A stretch of DNA of 62,080 nucleotides, filler included, from Coriobacteriales bacterium (GCA_031263105.1; 10 parts of 10 records of this genome joined end to end with filler, not necessarily neighbours in it); one strand, 5' to 3'; positions 20,901 to 28,838 are shown, numbered from the whole stretch's first letter. Numbers and translations: made by a program. The notes: a model not told the origin generated them from the letters alone.

Positions 20901-23207
20901 CTTGTCGTGGAGGTTGAAGTCGGCCGTCACCACGGCGCGGTAGACCTCCGTGAGGCTGAAGTTCGCCACAGCGAGGTTGAAGTCGCGCTTGTCGCCGCTG
21001 TAGGGGCCCGCGTCGAGGGTGTAGCTCGTCTGGAGGGCGCCGTAGCTCGAGAGGTCGTCGGGGTCCGCGAGCACGCGGATGCCCACGGGGTTCAGGAGCT
21101 CCGTGTCGTCGAACTCGTAGAAGGTCACGCGCAGGTCGCGCAGCTCCACGAGGTCCGCGTTCGTGAGCGAGATGCGGAAGCCCGTCTTGCCCACCGAGCG
21201 CGCCGTGAGGGAGAGCGCGGCGCGCGGCGCGTCCTGGCAGGTGTGCGTGAGGCCCGTGTCCGTGCCATGGTAGCTCGCGTCGTCCTTCGTGTCCACGTAG
21301 TCCGCAGGGTTGTCGGAGTTGCCGCCGGCCTTGAGGCGCGGCGTGTGGTCGTGCGCCTCCACCTTCGTGAGCACGTTGCCGAAGGGGTCGTAGCAGACGA
21401 TGTTGTAGTTGAAGTTCGTGTTGGAGGCCAGGCCCGTCGTGGTCTCCACCGTGACGGGGTTGCCTGCCTTGGCCTCGTTGATGGCGGTCCTGTTGAGGTA
21501 GTAGTCCTTGCCGTCCACCACAAGGGCCATGCGGTCCGTGGCCTCGATGACCCTGGGGTCGCTGGAGAGGTCGAAGCTGACGCCGGACACCTGGATCTTC
21601 CGTGAGAACAGGTCGCCGTTCGCGAAGCGGACGATCGAGCGGCCGAGCGCGTCCATCGTCAGGGTCTCGAACTCGTAGGTCGCCACCCTGCGCTGCATGC
21701 GCACGTCGTACTCGTCGTCGTACTGGTAGGAGACCTCCACGCGATACTTCTCGCCCGGAGGCAGGAAGCCTATGCGGACCTGCCCGTTGGTGCGCAGCGC
21801 CCGGCGCAGGAAGACCTTGTCGCCGCTCGCGTCGAGGCGGTAGATCGAGAAGACCACGCCGCCCCGGATGCGGTTCGCGGGGTCCTTGAGGTGGAGATCC
21901 GCGCCTATGTGGTAGACGTCCGGCACCCAGCCGTCGACCGAGACCTCGGGCTCCACATAGCCGGGGTCCACGGGCGGGCGGGGAGGCGGCGCGTCGTTCT
22001 TCAGCACGAAGCGCTGCTCGCCGAAGCGCACGTCCACGAGCGCGCCTTCCTCGTTGCGGTAGGTGTAGGTGCCGTAGATGAGGTATTCCTGGCCCTTCGT
22101 GAGGCCGTCGAAGCGCAGGCCCTTGCTGCCGCGCCCGTCCACTATCTCGCTTGCGGCCATGGAGGCCGAGCCGACCTGCGTGCCTGACGCGTCGAAGAGG
22201 TAGACCATGATGTCGCTCACGATGGCGCGGGAGCGGTCCGAGGCGCTGATGCTCGACTGGATGTAGCCGGTCGTCTCCCCCGGCTGCACGACGCCCTGGA
22301 CCGTGGAGAGGCGCACGACGGGCTCGAAGAAGCGCTCCTCGTCCTTGGGCGGCTCGGGCGGGTCTGCGGGGTCGCCCGCCACAGCGGGCTGCGGCTTGGC
22401 AGGCTGCTTCTCGCGCACCTGGTGCACGGCCTCTGCCTCGGCGGGCTGCTGCGGCTGCTGCACCGTCGTCGTCGTCGCGGGCTCGTCGTCGGGCAAATCC
22501 ACGATCGGGTCCGGGTTCGGCGGGGTCACGGGGCTCGACTCGGTGGGCATGAGGCCGAGGTTGCGCAGGAGGTCGTGGTAGTTGTAGACGCGGTCGCCGA
22601 AGACGATCGTGCTCGTGTCCGTGAGGCCGTCGATGCGCTCGTAGTGGAAGGCGCCCTCCTTGAGCAGGTACATGCGCAGGCTCGTGGGCGTGAAGTACAG
22701 GACGCTGTTGGCGATGATGTCGGTGCTTCCCACCTTCGCGTCCTGCGCGTTGATGAAGATGTTGTTGGGCAGCGCCAGCAGGATGAAGTTCTCCTCGTCG
22801 GCCTTCTGGCGGTCCTTGTTGAAGCTCGAGCCGTCGCTGACGATGAGGTTCGCGTAGGTCCCTATGCGGTCGAAGTTGTCCGTGATGAGCTTCGAGGAGT
22901 CGTTGAGCGTCATCACGGCGGTCGCGTCGTTGGCAAAGATCGGATAGGCCGCGTTGAGGCGCACCTTCTCCTCCCCCACGAAGATCGCCCCTGCGCGCTC
23001 CCACAACGGGGAGAAGGTCTCGAAGGTGTCGGGGGTGATGACCCGTGCCTCCTCGGGGACCTCGTCGGCCGCGAGGTTGCGCTCCAGCTCGTTGGTGGTG
23101 AGCGCCAGCGAGCTGAAGTCAAGGTATCCTATGGGGATGAAGCGCGAGAGGAAGGCGAACAGCAACACCGCCACTATGACTCCCGCTAATGCTACGACTT
23201 TTTTCAT
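11931..23207 (-). CDS. Giant (3758 aa) membrane-anchored surface protein with predicted Ig/FN3-like and GLUG/beta-helix-like regions
   Basis: N-terminal hydrophobic segment, Pro/Gln linker, many GGLVG/GGIAG repeats, C-terminal TM + KRTRLR, consistent GC-rich third positions. Domain calls are inference. Confidence 0.85.
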   Translation of the reverse strand: MKKVVALAGVIVAVLLFAFLSRFIPIGYLDFSSLALTTNELERNLAADEVPEEARVITPDTFETFSPLWERAGAIFVGEEKVRLNAAYPIFANDATAVMTLNDSSKLITDNFDRIGTYANLIVSDGSSFNKDRQKADEENFILLALPNNIFINAQDAKVGSTDIIANSVLYFTPTSLRMYLLKEGAFHYERIDGLTDTSTIVFGDRVYNYHDLLRNLGLMPTESSPVTPPNPDPIVDLPDDEPATTTTVQQPQQPAEAEAVHQVREKQPAKPQPAVAGDPADPPEPPKDEERFFEPVVRLSTVQGVVQPGETTGYIQSSISASDRSRAIVSDIMVYLFDASGTQVGSASMAASEIVDGRGSKGLRFDGLTKGQEYLIYGTYTYRNEEGALVDVRFGEQRFVLKNDAPPPRPPVDPGYVEPEVSVDGWVPDVYHIGADLHLKDPANRIRGGVVFSIYRLDASGDKVFLRRALRTNGQVRIGFLPPGEKYRVEVSYQYDDEYDVRMQRRVATYEFETLTMDALGRSIVRFANGDLFSRKIQVSGVSFDLSSDPRVIEATDRMALVVDGKDYYLNRTAINEAKAGNPVTVETTTGLASNTNFNYNIVCYDPFGNVLTKVEAHDHTPRLKAGGNSDNPADYVDTKDDASYHGTDTGLTHTCQDAPRAALSLTARSVGKTGFRISLTNADLVELRDLRVTFYEFDDTELLNPVGIRVLADPDDLSSYGALQTSYTLDAGPYSGDKRDFNLAVANFSLTEVYRAVVTADFNLHDKRPDALGNLDDEVISTYQFTPAPLDSLGSVVFQTKFLTSTDRTASLDFNVNSYATLQAMRDLLVEMRFTITAPGDLTPTQTLVLRRDSADPLERAAFEKVLQGGIAPNTPYTWDLTGLKSRTEYAIGITAKVRVIDTDYDVPTSNDLASFTTRRQQPRGVIKAGDIFTTTDSVYLYRVSVEDPDEVIKSTVTMNVRDAATGRTVYLVRVTPNMSPGQDFIIRNLDKMTDYIITFTAADYNDAYDANDYTSQRTNQRLPVLASADGGAQSDRDPVTSLVDNCYLARTVDSLSGHIELRGIANQNNDANSPYLDVSLRTTITDVLGNLAGTDQRYFLRTSMRPGYGEYVSIDGNPSEGVPFDLIDDPLSPDNNNVTDPSVSPPQKDWLDDAVTALQRKFEFHVELWVRVANRDIMLDDVYFDTSSAVRAIDRPQKMLWLQGTTVLGEPGDRYGRYIVVADMVNWYYANDPSYDPAYDAATKVDATNVSRAKTWWGNIRDDGNTPFEGSIDFQGHSFYMPMTTGEYNKGTQRQSFIRVLGPRGIVKNVEVDYELAGENPATDTYYSFIYANRGLISNVKVNVIKYPTAYNYATSPLLYSNEETGILENVAVDMRCDTSTRGYFGLVSVYNNGLIRSAYVYSSTASDTFTPRIYVPIVTHHDGAAAAFGAIRIGSIVGSNSSMGEVTGCYSLIPVEAKLIGTANRTIDRNTIGTLVGYNDGGRVRQSYTLAEPTVDGAISPTGANGPGVGGQASSARTNTYYIAPTNYTNTFNSPIKRDVLYDNLWQQAVLGAGFNTDIAATGFFPQLNWPYSMPQQDYIALPDLGTVTNIELSSILVEEQHQDYAIALATFKNPGFHEITGLAIGDLTVTRQGAQMNNAADGLSRVRWRLTNPQVFRSTYPVSDFWYRPANASTNYQVSVVNSVNAEFYKMIYTADDWRKINLDLTQNYRLANDLKLESLAGTELILGEGTNTAAKYFTGRLDGGYYDENYELMGTWTLDLANADVDPAGTHNAWGALITNLTGSLTNMRITNYTVRNDVSDYVGLVRYTQPGALIQNVHMYNTTLRGGYIIGSLVAEARYVEIFDSSSTKVRIEDSARTLPTPGETRFRAGGLVGWVGSSTRISNCFVSGLDMQISHITDSELDGTCAGGLVGYYDSGSITYVTAQGTIEAAAAFGKIGGLIGWRTSTQMLRYGWVDVDISSTGGGNLGALIGFNSTVAASSMADFDMVVLGNVKSTAYYSPIDTQRPARRIIGTAGGTAASGMEGVFKSTYFVDTQQINEKPYGDAATAGIDGGIAVSPAGLRVKQFYYMDTYMGDVFIYDPLTDASLTGGSYQGIEGGYMPLLLDRKGATLLPYQTPQLVESPQIWTLDVQAATNNDLDYSVTVNITHPAGAEVRYLTIDDIYVPNAGLLNDVYFTESKYVQGPTNTQTAMTFKFSANPNSAGAHLERFRDTYKITGIGLLDSTVAPVESQIVFAGNNIPFRTISGTATQAAATWVSWFSDPDNRDANENIRLMADLDFSGITVDQTSTFLNPRINRLLGATDTLHPGGWSEVRNLTMNLTAGRTGLIGTVNAQLQNFHFTDVTLNLLPTGSVTTDLTGIVVQSLGDVADLEFDRFKILAVNSTKNNVARRVGFIAQQMGGSVKNVTLRDVEIRSRGTSVGALVGIAYDPLFEDLTLTTATANPELAYPGRDDELQRWTGGDQVSNPDPLTAQYKNPNIIAGGSETGGIFGGAGRSMIHRLSAEWTTVYSATGGAYVGSIGGAVSYANYLSNVAYGESVARDVCVVSNSHAGGLYGQGGGVGASTADPILAERVTVVSVSAYAGGVFGVPTSYIRFVRAQDVAVFGNTRSGGINGGASYEPTFCEVLDSVISTTYDPQVTTWTGRTPLAPVAADSGNNRYIGGISGGGRAQYCAVVNCIIGAVDARDVGGVIGLYDTSGNIRDNEVKDCIVYGASNIGGVTGRLYNYPILQNVVANTTVTGSGTAVGGIAGHLTATQILSGGNTAYTYSNIFYGTVTGADYVGGIVGRTVGNLYDYERRDRNNHVMGDVVVTAGTHGSFLYNLDDSLPIGTRMNVFRNRIYEYSRMKISGVTKFAKDPSFGFATAYWEEYDLSGAGSVTAQHAENGDLTYANVNLTSDITITDAADALNGGHNRENLLYKAQHYTMTHTLALAKKNTGIRNDATADATRLNRTDFNMYWGLNSLTGDYATWVYGSIRTTTGPNGTGYLPYKTQDLYASGTRAGAPYTMGTDGSGGPGPGLGVKGIYNPRIGTNYATLYGTDPAFVGGNPLPAFDAYPTTAAENAYLNLLSAAAPASELTAPSLYTSATSVDTLTLEFPSILPTATIRIEALTVIPSEGAEPSALTVIPSEGAEPSALTVIPSEGAASGSAAAEESLAAPAANPAPSTAATESDTASTATSPTPLYEAPFTERTYTFRYDFVTPLTVTVTAQSGEATTFTIDPATARRTLLTWGDSFYHLEAAGVYAGDAETGTLLPGEFVNLAAGEALTASGDVYDLATGTVLRTTAAADIALLDATQPLFTAEYEGMPINTYANYSLIGPASGTLEQELRLFVKDDRLAALHPSLPVALGAVIMDEVTDADDSASGGSGGAAPATHDLLTVLGTDGVIADTTETGVVLPEGFNNGNIVEMTSNLSTSLPLAMVRYASGKVVAFDYLTGEERTLADAAGDISLIDYATSFLQSQSDSMLDLLPRGNSQLLNNSDYYLNAATPSAPGTATAPGSAAAAGTGTDAGTAALDGPGASDGASTLDGPAAAGGPASTDGPDSAADPSTVIPSDPLTVIPSEGGEAPAAEGSLAASAANPAPDSSASGDGSDTAGDDTFPSSGGVAQSAGVVSGDADDSIAPGVGNSSSSGGNSSSSGGPSGPSSGSLTRPEPKQQLLAVYNYDTDTYELFDQASMLGEQQASPLAAIEASTILGDVGTITPVGSNDSQSWLTSFFSDFRLAALALLVVTIAGLLIYLSVKRTRLR
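12337..12378. repeat. Family C palindrome inside the giant gene
   Basis: ACCACCCCGGCGCTTTGCGCCACCCCTCCAGAGGAGGGGAAT, similar to 60171-60210. Confidence 0.75.
12428..12530 (-). repeat. Family A element in frame in the giant gene
   Basis: Encodes TVIPSDPLTVIPSEGGEAPAAEGSLAASAANPAP; matches the intergenic copy at 61961-62035. Confidence 0.85.
13690..13857 (-). repeat. Family A element with a triplicated 39-bp arm, in frame in the giant gene
   Basis: (GCGCCTTCGCTCGGAATGACAGTAAGGGC...)x3 encoding ALTVIPSEGAEPS repeats. Confidence 0.88.
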
Positions 23208-23235
23208 GGCTACACGTCCCTTATATCCAAGATCT

Positions 23236-24408
23236 CTATCCGAGAAACTCCAGCAACGAAGGTTCGGTGAACAACAGCATCTCCTGCTCCGTCGTCTGAA
23301 GGATGTCTTTGCTCATGTCGATGGTGTAGGCGCCGCTCGCGGCGACGGCGCGGACGATGTCCTCGCCGTTCTGCTCCACGACGATGCCGCCCTCGTCGAA
23401 CTGCGGGTACAGCTCGAAGCGCAGGTTGTAGTGGACCACCGCGAAGGAGTACGCGGGCATCTCCCGCTCCTGGCCTCCCCAGATGACCGTCATGGGCTCC
23501 AGGAAGACGTAGGTGTTGTGCCCGTCGAAGAGGAAGCCGCCCGTGAGCGTCGCCTCCTCGCCGTTGACGTGGGCGACGACGCTGCCGGCTGCGCTCGCGG
23601 CACCAGTGGTGCCCCCGGCAGCGCCGCCGCCCCCGTCACCAGCCGCAGTGCGCACAAGCTCCGTGTTGTAGCCCGTGCGCCTCAGGGGGCTGGTCCCTGT
23701 GGGATCGACGTAGATCATCTGGTTGGGCAGGAAGACATGCCCCTTGTCGTTGCTGAAGTACACCGGCGCATGCGGCAGCTCCGTCTCCCTGCCGCCGCTG
23801 CTGATGAAGAAGGTGTCCTCCTCATGGCGTATGCTCGACGTGCCCTCATAGTCGATGCGCACGCCGTTCTCGTAGCGGTACAAGGGCTCGTCGAAGGTCA
23901 CGGTCCCGATGCGCATGACAAAGAACACCACGACCGCCGTGACCACGAGCACCCCCACGACCAACGCAATGAGAAAGAGCGGGCGTCCTGGGGAGAAGAG
24001 CTTGGACCTGAGGATCCGCGCCCCGATGGTGGCAGGGTTCGAGGGGGCGGGGGCGGAGGGGGCGGGGGCGGCAGTCCGTCGCGTGCCAGTCTGTCGCGTG
24101 CTTCGCACGCTCTCTAAGTGGTCGGGTGCTATCGCACCCGAAGATTCCTCGGCTGCGCTCGGAATGACAGTGCTTTTCCTGTCATCCCGAGCCCTTCGGC
24201 TGCGCTCAGGGTAAACTCCGGGGCGAAGCCCCGTCCCACTGTCATCCCGAGCCCTTCGGCTGCGCTCAGGGTAAACTCCGGGGCGAAGCCCCGTCCCACT
24301 GTCATCCCGAGCGGAGGGGCGAAGCCCCGCAGCCGAGGGATCTTCGGGCGCGGCAGCGCCCGACTGCATAGAGAGCGCACGCAGTGCGCGACGGTCTGCT
24401 TCAGGCAT
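23236..24408 (-). CDS. Single-TM hypothetical protein whose N-terminal ~100 aa derive from repeat DNA
   Basis: ATG 24408 has a GAGGAGG RBS and overlaps the upstream gene's 3' end; TM segment then a beta-rich domain. Confidence 0.8.
   Translation of the reverse strand: MPEADRRALRALSMQSGAAAPEDPSAAGLRPSARDDSGTGLRPGVYPERSRRARDDSGTGLRPGVYPERSRRARDDRKSTVIPSAAEESSGAIAPDHLESVRSTRQTGTRRTAAPAPSAPAPSNPATIGARILRSKLFSPGRPLFLIALVVGVLVVTAVVVFFVMRIGTVTFDEPLYRYENGVRIDYEGTSSIRHEEDTFFISSGGRETELPHAPVYFSNDKGHVFLPNQMIYVDPTGTSPLRRTGYNTELVRTAAGDGGGGAAGGTTGAASAAGSVVAHVNGEEATLTGGFLFDGHNTYVFLEPMTVIWGGQEREMPAYSFAVVHYNLRFELYPQFDEGGIVVEQNGEDIVRAVAASGAYTIDMSKDILQTTEQEMLLFTEPSLLEFLG
24093..24395. repeat. Composite family A element in frame, with a 60-bp tandem duplication
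   Basis: Nearly the same arrangement as intergenic 25018-25250. Confidence 0.88.
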
Positions 24409-24973
24409 CCGGGGCCTCCTCTTGGACGATCAGGTTCGTGTGGGCGGTGGGGGATACCTTGCCGACCTTCACCTGGAGCTCGTCGGAGATGCTCTTGAGG
24501 TAGTGGTAGGCGGTGTAGAAGACCACGAAGACGGCGAGCAGGACGTAGACCACCACGTAGCGGGGGTCGCCGTTCACCTCGTAGTTGTAGCCCATGAGGA
24601 TGTTGCCCACGAGCAGGGCGACGTAGGCCACGGCGGCGTTCACCAGATCGAGGAGGAAGCGGCGCGGGTTGAGGCAGAGGAAGATGGCAAGCAGCGTGAC
24701 GAGCACGTAGAAGATCGTGAGCGCGGGGGTCATGCGAACAGCAAAGGCGAAGACCGAGAGCACGAACAGCAGGCGCACCAGGCCGGACGCGAGCCAGAGT
24801 GCCTCCCGGTGCCCCATGCCGTAGAAGATGCCGAAGAAGCGCAGGCGCCTCTGCCGCCACGCAAGCCCGTCTCCCAACGAGAGCGCGACCGGCAGGCCGA
24901 CAAGCCCCACCGGCAACACGACAAGCGCCAGCCACCGGAACTCGAACAGGGTATTTATAAACGCATCAAACAT
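24401..24973 (-). CDS. Hypothetical polytopic membrane protein (190 aa)
   Basis: About 5 hydrophobic segments; GGAG RBS before ATG 24973. Confidence 0.8.
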   Translation of the reverse strand: MFDAFINTLFEFRWLALVVLPVGLVGLPVALSLGDGLAWRQRRLRFFGIFYGMGHREALWLASGLVRLLFVLSVFAFAVRMTPALTIFYVLVTLLAIFLCLNPRRFLLDLVNAAVAYVALLVGNILMGYNYEVNGDPRYVVVYVLLAVFVVFYTAYHYLKSISDELQVKVGKVSPTAHTNLIVQEEAPDA

Positions 24974-25017
24974 ACTGGCAAGACTCCACAACTTTGTCGG
25001 GTGCACGCAAAAAGAGC

Positions 25018-25409
25018 GTCGCGTGCTTCGCACGCTCTTTAGGTGGTTGGGTGCTACCGCACCCAAAGATTCCTCGGCTGCGCTGCGCTCCGCTCGGAAT
25101 GACAGTGGGACACGCATGGACAGTGGGACGGGAGGGCGCTGCGCTCTTACTGTCATCCCGAGCGGAGGGGCGAAGCCCCGCAGTCGAGGGATCCTCGGGC
25201 GCGGCAGCGCCCGACTGCATAGAGAGCGCACGCAGTGCGCGACGGACGGTTTGCCGGGCGCGCGCAAAAGAGTGTCGCGTGCTTCGCACGCTCTTTACGT
25301 AGTCGGGTGCTAGCGCACCCGAAGATTCCTCGGCTGCGGGGCTTCGCCCCAGAGTTTACCCTGAGTGCCCTGAGCGCCCTGAGCGCCCTGAGCGCAGCCG
25401 AAGGGCTCG
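25018..25409. repeat. Intergenic cluster of family A composite elements
   Basis: GATTCCTCGGCTGCG..CGGAATGACAGTG and CTGTCATCCCGAGC arms, repeated up to the gap. Confidence 0.85.
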
Positions 25410-25509
25410 NNNNNNNNNNNNNNNNNNNNNNNNNNNNNNNNNNNNNNNNNNNNTTAATTAATTAANNNNNNNNNNNNNNNNNNNNNNNNNNNNNNNNNNN
25501 NNNNNNNNN

Positions 25510-26310
25510 GACATTCTCCGCGGTCGTGAGATGCTCGGCCGCGAGATGCGCAAACACGGGATGGGCATCTCGTCGGCGCGTTCGGTGAAGGCGGTGCGGG
25601 TGGTGTCGGAGGCCCTCGGCCACAAGGACACCGACGACCTCATGGCGCTGATAGGCACAGGCAAGCAGAGCGCGCGGCAGGTGGCAAACAAGCTCCTCAA
25701 GGAGATAACCGCCGCGCAACAGGGTGCGGCCCCGCAGGTGACCCCCGAGCGGGTCCTCGGCCTCAACAAGTCGGACTCCCTGGTACTTGAGCCGATGAAG
25801 CTCGGGTCTTCGCATAGCGCAAAGGGCTCGTCCGGCGTCATCGTCAAGGGCCTTAACGATGTCCTCGTGCGGCTGTCGCATTGCTGCAACCCCGTGCCGG
25901 GCGACGAGATTATCGGTTTTGTTACGCGGGGCCGGGGCGTGACCATCCATCGCACAAGCTGCCCAAACGCGCGGGCATTGATGAAATCGCCCGAGCGTAT
26001 AATCGATGTTGAATGGGCCGCGAATGTCCAGAACCGCGAGGTCTACAAGGTCGAGGTATTCATCGAGGCCATCGACCGTCTGCGGCTGTATCAGGATGTG
26101 ACTGTTGCGCTCGGTTCAAGCGGCGTGAACATGCTCAGTGCCACGATGGCGACCCACAAAGACGGCATCGTGGAGATGCGCTATCTCTTTGAGGTCAGTG
26201 AGATTGCGCATATCGAGAAGATACTGCGGGAGTTGCGGAGCATTGATGGTGTCATCGACGCGCGGCGGACCATGCCCGGCGAAGTCGTCCGCAAGCGCAA
26301 GGACCTGTAG
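25510..26310 (+). CDS. rel: RelA/SpoT (p)ppGpp synthetase/hydrolase, C-terminal part (5' end lost in gap)
   Basis: CCNPVPGDEIIGFVTRGRGVTIHRTSCPN zinc-binding region plus ACT domain. Confidence 0.93.
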   Translation, partial: DILRGREMLGREMRKHGMGISSARSVKAVRVVSEALGHKDTDDLMALIGTGKQSARQVANKLLKEITAAQQGAAPQVTPERVLGLNKSDSLVLEPMKLGSSHSAKGSSGVIVKGLNDVLVRLSHCCNPVPGDEIIGFVTRGRGVTIHRTSCPNARALMKSPERIIDVEWAANVQNREVYKVEVFIEAIDRLRLYQDVTVALGSSGVNMLSATMATHKDGIVEMRYLFEVSEIAHIEKILRELRSIDGVIDARRTMPGEVVRKRKDL

Positions 26311-26363
26311 GTGCACGCGCGATGATGCAGACCATGAACGTACCGATGTGTCAGGGAGGTTGT

Positions 26364-27005
26364 ATGCAGGTAGAACGTGTCGAGGTTCAGATAGCCCCCG
26401 GCTTTATAGAGAACTGTTACATCATCAGCGATGCGCCGGACGCCACAGGCGTCATCGTTGTCGATCCGGGCGCGCAGCCGCGTAAGATACTCAAGGCCCT
26501 GAACAAGAGGAAGGTGGATTATATCGTCTTGACCCACGCGCATTACGACCACATCGGGGCATTGTCGGCGCTGGCACGAAAAACCGGTGCGGGGGTCGTC
26601 GCTCATGCACTCGACGCCGAGGCTATCTCAAACCCCAGCATCCGAGGCATCACCGTGCCACACATACTCAAGAAACCGGCCCCGGTGACATGGGCTGTCG
26701 AGGATGGCGACATCATAACGGTTGGCTCCGGTCAGTTGCGCGTGATTCATACCCCCGGCCACACCATCGGCAGCATGTGTTTGTATGACGAGGCAGGACA
26801 CATCCTCATAGCGGGGGACACCCTGTTTTACGGGGCGGTCGGCCGGACAGATTTGCCGACCGGAGATGCCACCCAGCAGTGCGAGAGTCTGTGCAAGCTT
26901 GCCGCGCTCCCGGATGAAACGATGGTGCATCCGGGGCATGAAGAGGACACAAGTATAGGGCGCGAGCGGCGCTACGGGTTTTTGGGCTTCGTAAAAGCGG
27001 TATGA
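26364..27005 (+). CDS. MBL-fold metallo-hydrolase (glyoxalase II-like)
   Basis: THAHYDH, HTPGHT, GDTLF..GRTD and PGH motifs; GGAGG RBS. Confidence 0.92.
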   Translation: MQVERVEVQIAPGFIENCYIISDAPDATGVIVVDPGAQPRKILKALNKRKVDYIVLTHAHYDHIGALSALARKTGAGVVAHALDAEAISNPSIRGITVPHILKKPAPVTWAVEDGDIITVGSGQLRVIHTPGHTIGSMCLYDEAGHILIAGDTLFYGAVGRTDLPTGDATQQCESLCKLAALPDETMVHPGHEEDTSIGRERRYGFLGFVKAV

Positions 27006-27053
27006 TGGTTGTGATGGGAAACGAATACGGTAGCGAACAGGAGTTGAGAGACC

Positions 27054-28838
27054 ATGTATGTCGCGATAGTGCAGAACAACCCTATAACAGGCTCCATGAG
27101 GGAGAACGCTGAACGCGCGCTGGAATCAATCGACGCCCTGGCCGCTGGCCCCTATCCACCGGATTTAGTAATCCTTCCCGCCTTTGCCCTCACAGGGTCG
27201 CCGGTCGATGGCCTCTGTTATTCGGACGCCTTCGCGGCGGAGATACTTGATGTGGCGCATGCCTTCATGGAGCGCGCCAGCCTCCCGACGCTCGTCGGCA
27301 CCATGATTCCCCGTCCTCTGGAGGATATTCTCGGTTTTGTCAGCGAGCCGGAGGCCCTGTTCTGTCGTGACGGGTCCGGAGGGGCTCTGGGCTTTGTCGA
27401 CATCAATAACGATTGGGGAGCCACCAGCTATGCCTCAAGCGTCAGCGTTGCCCTGGATGGCCACACCATATCCGTGCTCCTCGACGATTATCCCGAGCCG
27501 GACGATGATTTCTCGGACTCCGAAATCGTCATCATACTGCTTGCCAAAGAGTACCGGGGTACCAATACGATGCTCACTTCCTCCGAGCAACTGGGATTTC
27601 TCAGGAGCTTTGTGCGCAAAAACAACATATGGATGATTGTCGCCAACCTTGTTGGGGCGCAGGACGGAACCGTATATGACGGCGCGAGCGTCATTCTCAG
27701 GCCCGACGGCACGATTGCTGACGCCGCCGAGCCCTTTGTCGAACAGATTCTTACCTGCAACATCAAACTCGATGGTCGTCCGGTCGGTTTGGGGGCGGGG
27801 AGGGGACAGGGCGTTGGCCAGGCTTCAGGGCAGCTTGGCGGACAGGCCGCGGACAGCCGTGTCATCAAGCCCCTGCTCCCCTATGCGGCGGATTGGCGGG
27901 CGCTTGAGCTCTGCGTCCGCGACTACGTGACCAAGAACAGCTTTACCGATGTGGTGATAGGGTTGTCCGGCGGTATCGACTCCGCAGTTACGGCTACCCT
28001 GGCGGTCGACGCGCTGGGCGCAAAGCATGTGCATGGTGTGCTGATGCCCGGCCCCCATTCCTCAAAGGGCAGCGTTGACGACGCGATGGCCCTTGCCGCA
28101 AACCTCGGCATCGACACGCTTACGATGCCCATCACCCAACCGCTCGAGGCGTTTCGCGCGCTCTCACAGGAAGTGCTCGGACAGGAGGGCTCGTTTCTCG
28201 CGCGCCAGAACATTCAGGCCCGCATCAGAACCATCCATCTCATGCATCTTTCGAACACCTTTGGATGGCTCCTGCTTAACACTGGCAACAAATCCGAGGC
28301 CGCGATGGGCTTCTCAACGCTCTACGGGGACACGGCGGGGGCGCTTGCGCCTCTGGGAAACGTCTATAAGACGGACGTGTACGGCCTCGCGCTCTGGCGC
28401 AACGGGCAATCACCGGTCATACCTCCCGCGATTATCACGAAGCCTCCCTCCGCCGAGCTCTATGACGGCCAGACGGACCAGGACACGCTCCCGCCCTATG
28501 AGCAGCTTGATTATATTCTCCGTCTGCATATTGAGGATGGTTTTGGCGTCGACCAGATACGTGAGTGCGCCTGTCAGGAACCGGATGGCGACAAACTGAC
28601 GGATGAGCTTGTCGAGCGTGTGCTTGACACCGTCCGTGACGCGGAATATAAGCGCCGCCAGGAGCCGCTTGCGCCGTCGCTCGGCTATCTTGATATGGGA
28701 ATGGACCGCAACTGGCCGTTGACGAACGGCTTCAAGGACCGTCATCGCGATTTGAAGCCCGACATTGGGCTTACCGATTATCTCAGGATGATACGCGGTT
28801 GGAAGCAACCCGAAGGTTGGGACTTCCTTGCCAACTGA
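27054..28838 (+). CDS. nadE: NAD+ synthetase with a degenerate N-terminal nitrilase-fold domain
   Basis: GLSGGIDS, NIQARIR, TGNKSE, TLYGD, YKT and KPPSAEL motifs. Confidence 0.93.
   Translation: MYVAIVQNNPITGSMRENAERALESIDALAAGPYPPDLVILPAFALTGSPVDGLCYSDAFAAEILDVAHAFMERASLPTLVGTMIPRPLEDILGFVSEPEALFCRDGSGGALGFVDINNDWGATSYASSVSVALDGHTISVLLDDYPEPDDDFSDSEIVIILLAKEYRGTNTMLTSSEQLGFLRSFVRKNNIWMIVANLVGAQDGTVYDGASVILRPDGTIADAAEPFVEQILTCNIKLDGRPVGLGAGRGQGVGQASGQLGGQAADSRVIKPLLPYAADWRALELCVRDYVTKNSFTDVVIGLSGGIDSAVTATLAVDALGAKHVHGVLMPGPHSSKGSVDDAMALAANLGIDTLTMPITQPLEAFRALSQEVLGQEGSFLARQNIQARIRTIHLMHLSNTFGWLLLNTGNKSEAAMGFSTLYGDTAGALAPLGNVYKTDVYGLALWRNGQSPVIPPAIITKPPSAELYDGQTDQDTLPPYEQLDYILRLHIEDGFGVDQIRECACQEPDGDKLTDELVERVLDTVRDAEYKRRQEPLAPSLGYLDMGMDRNWPLTNGFKDRHRDLKPDIGLTDYLRMIRGWKQPEGWDFLAN

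Noticed and set aside
14400..21605. 2401-aa plus-strand ORF and other long antisense ORFs
   Set aside because: Shadow frames of GC-rich genes on the opposite strand; no recognisable motifs.
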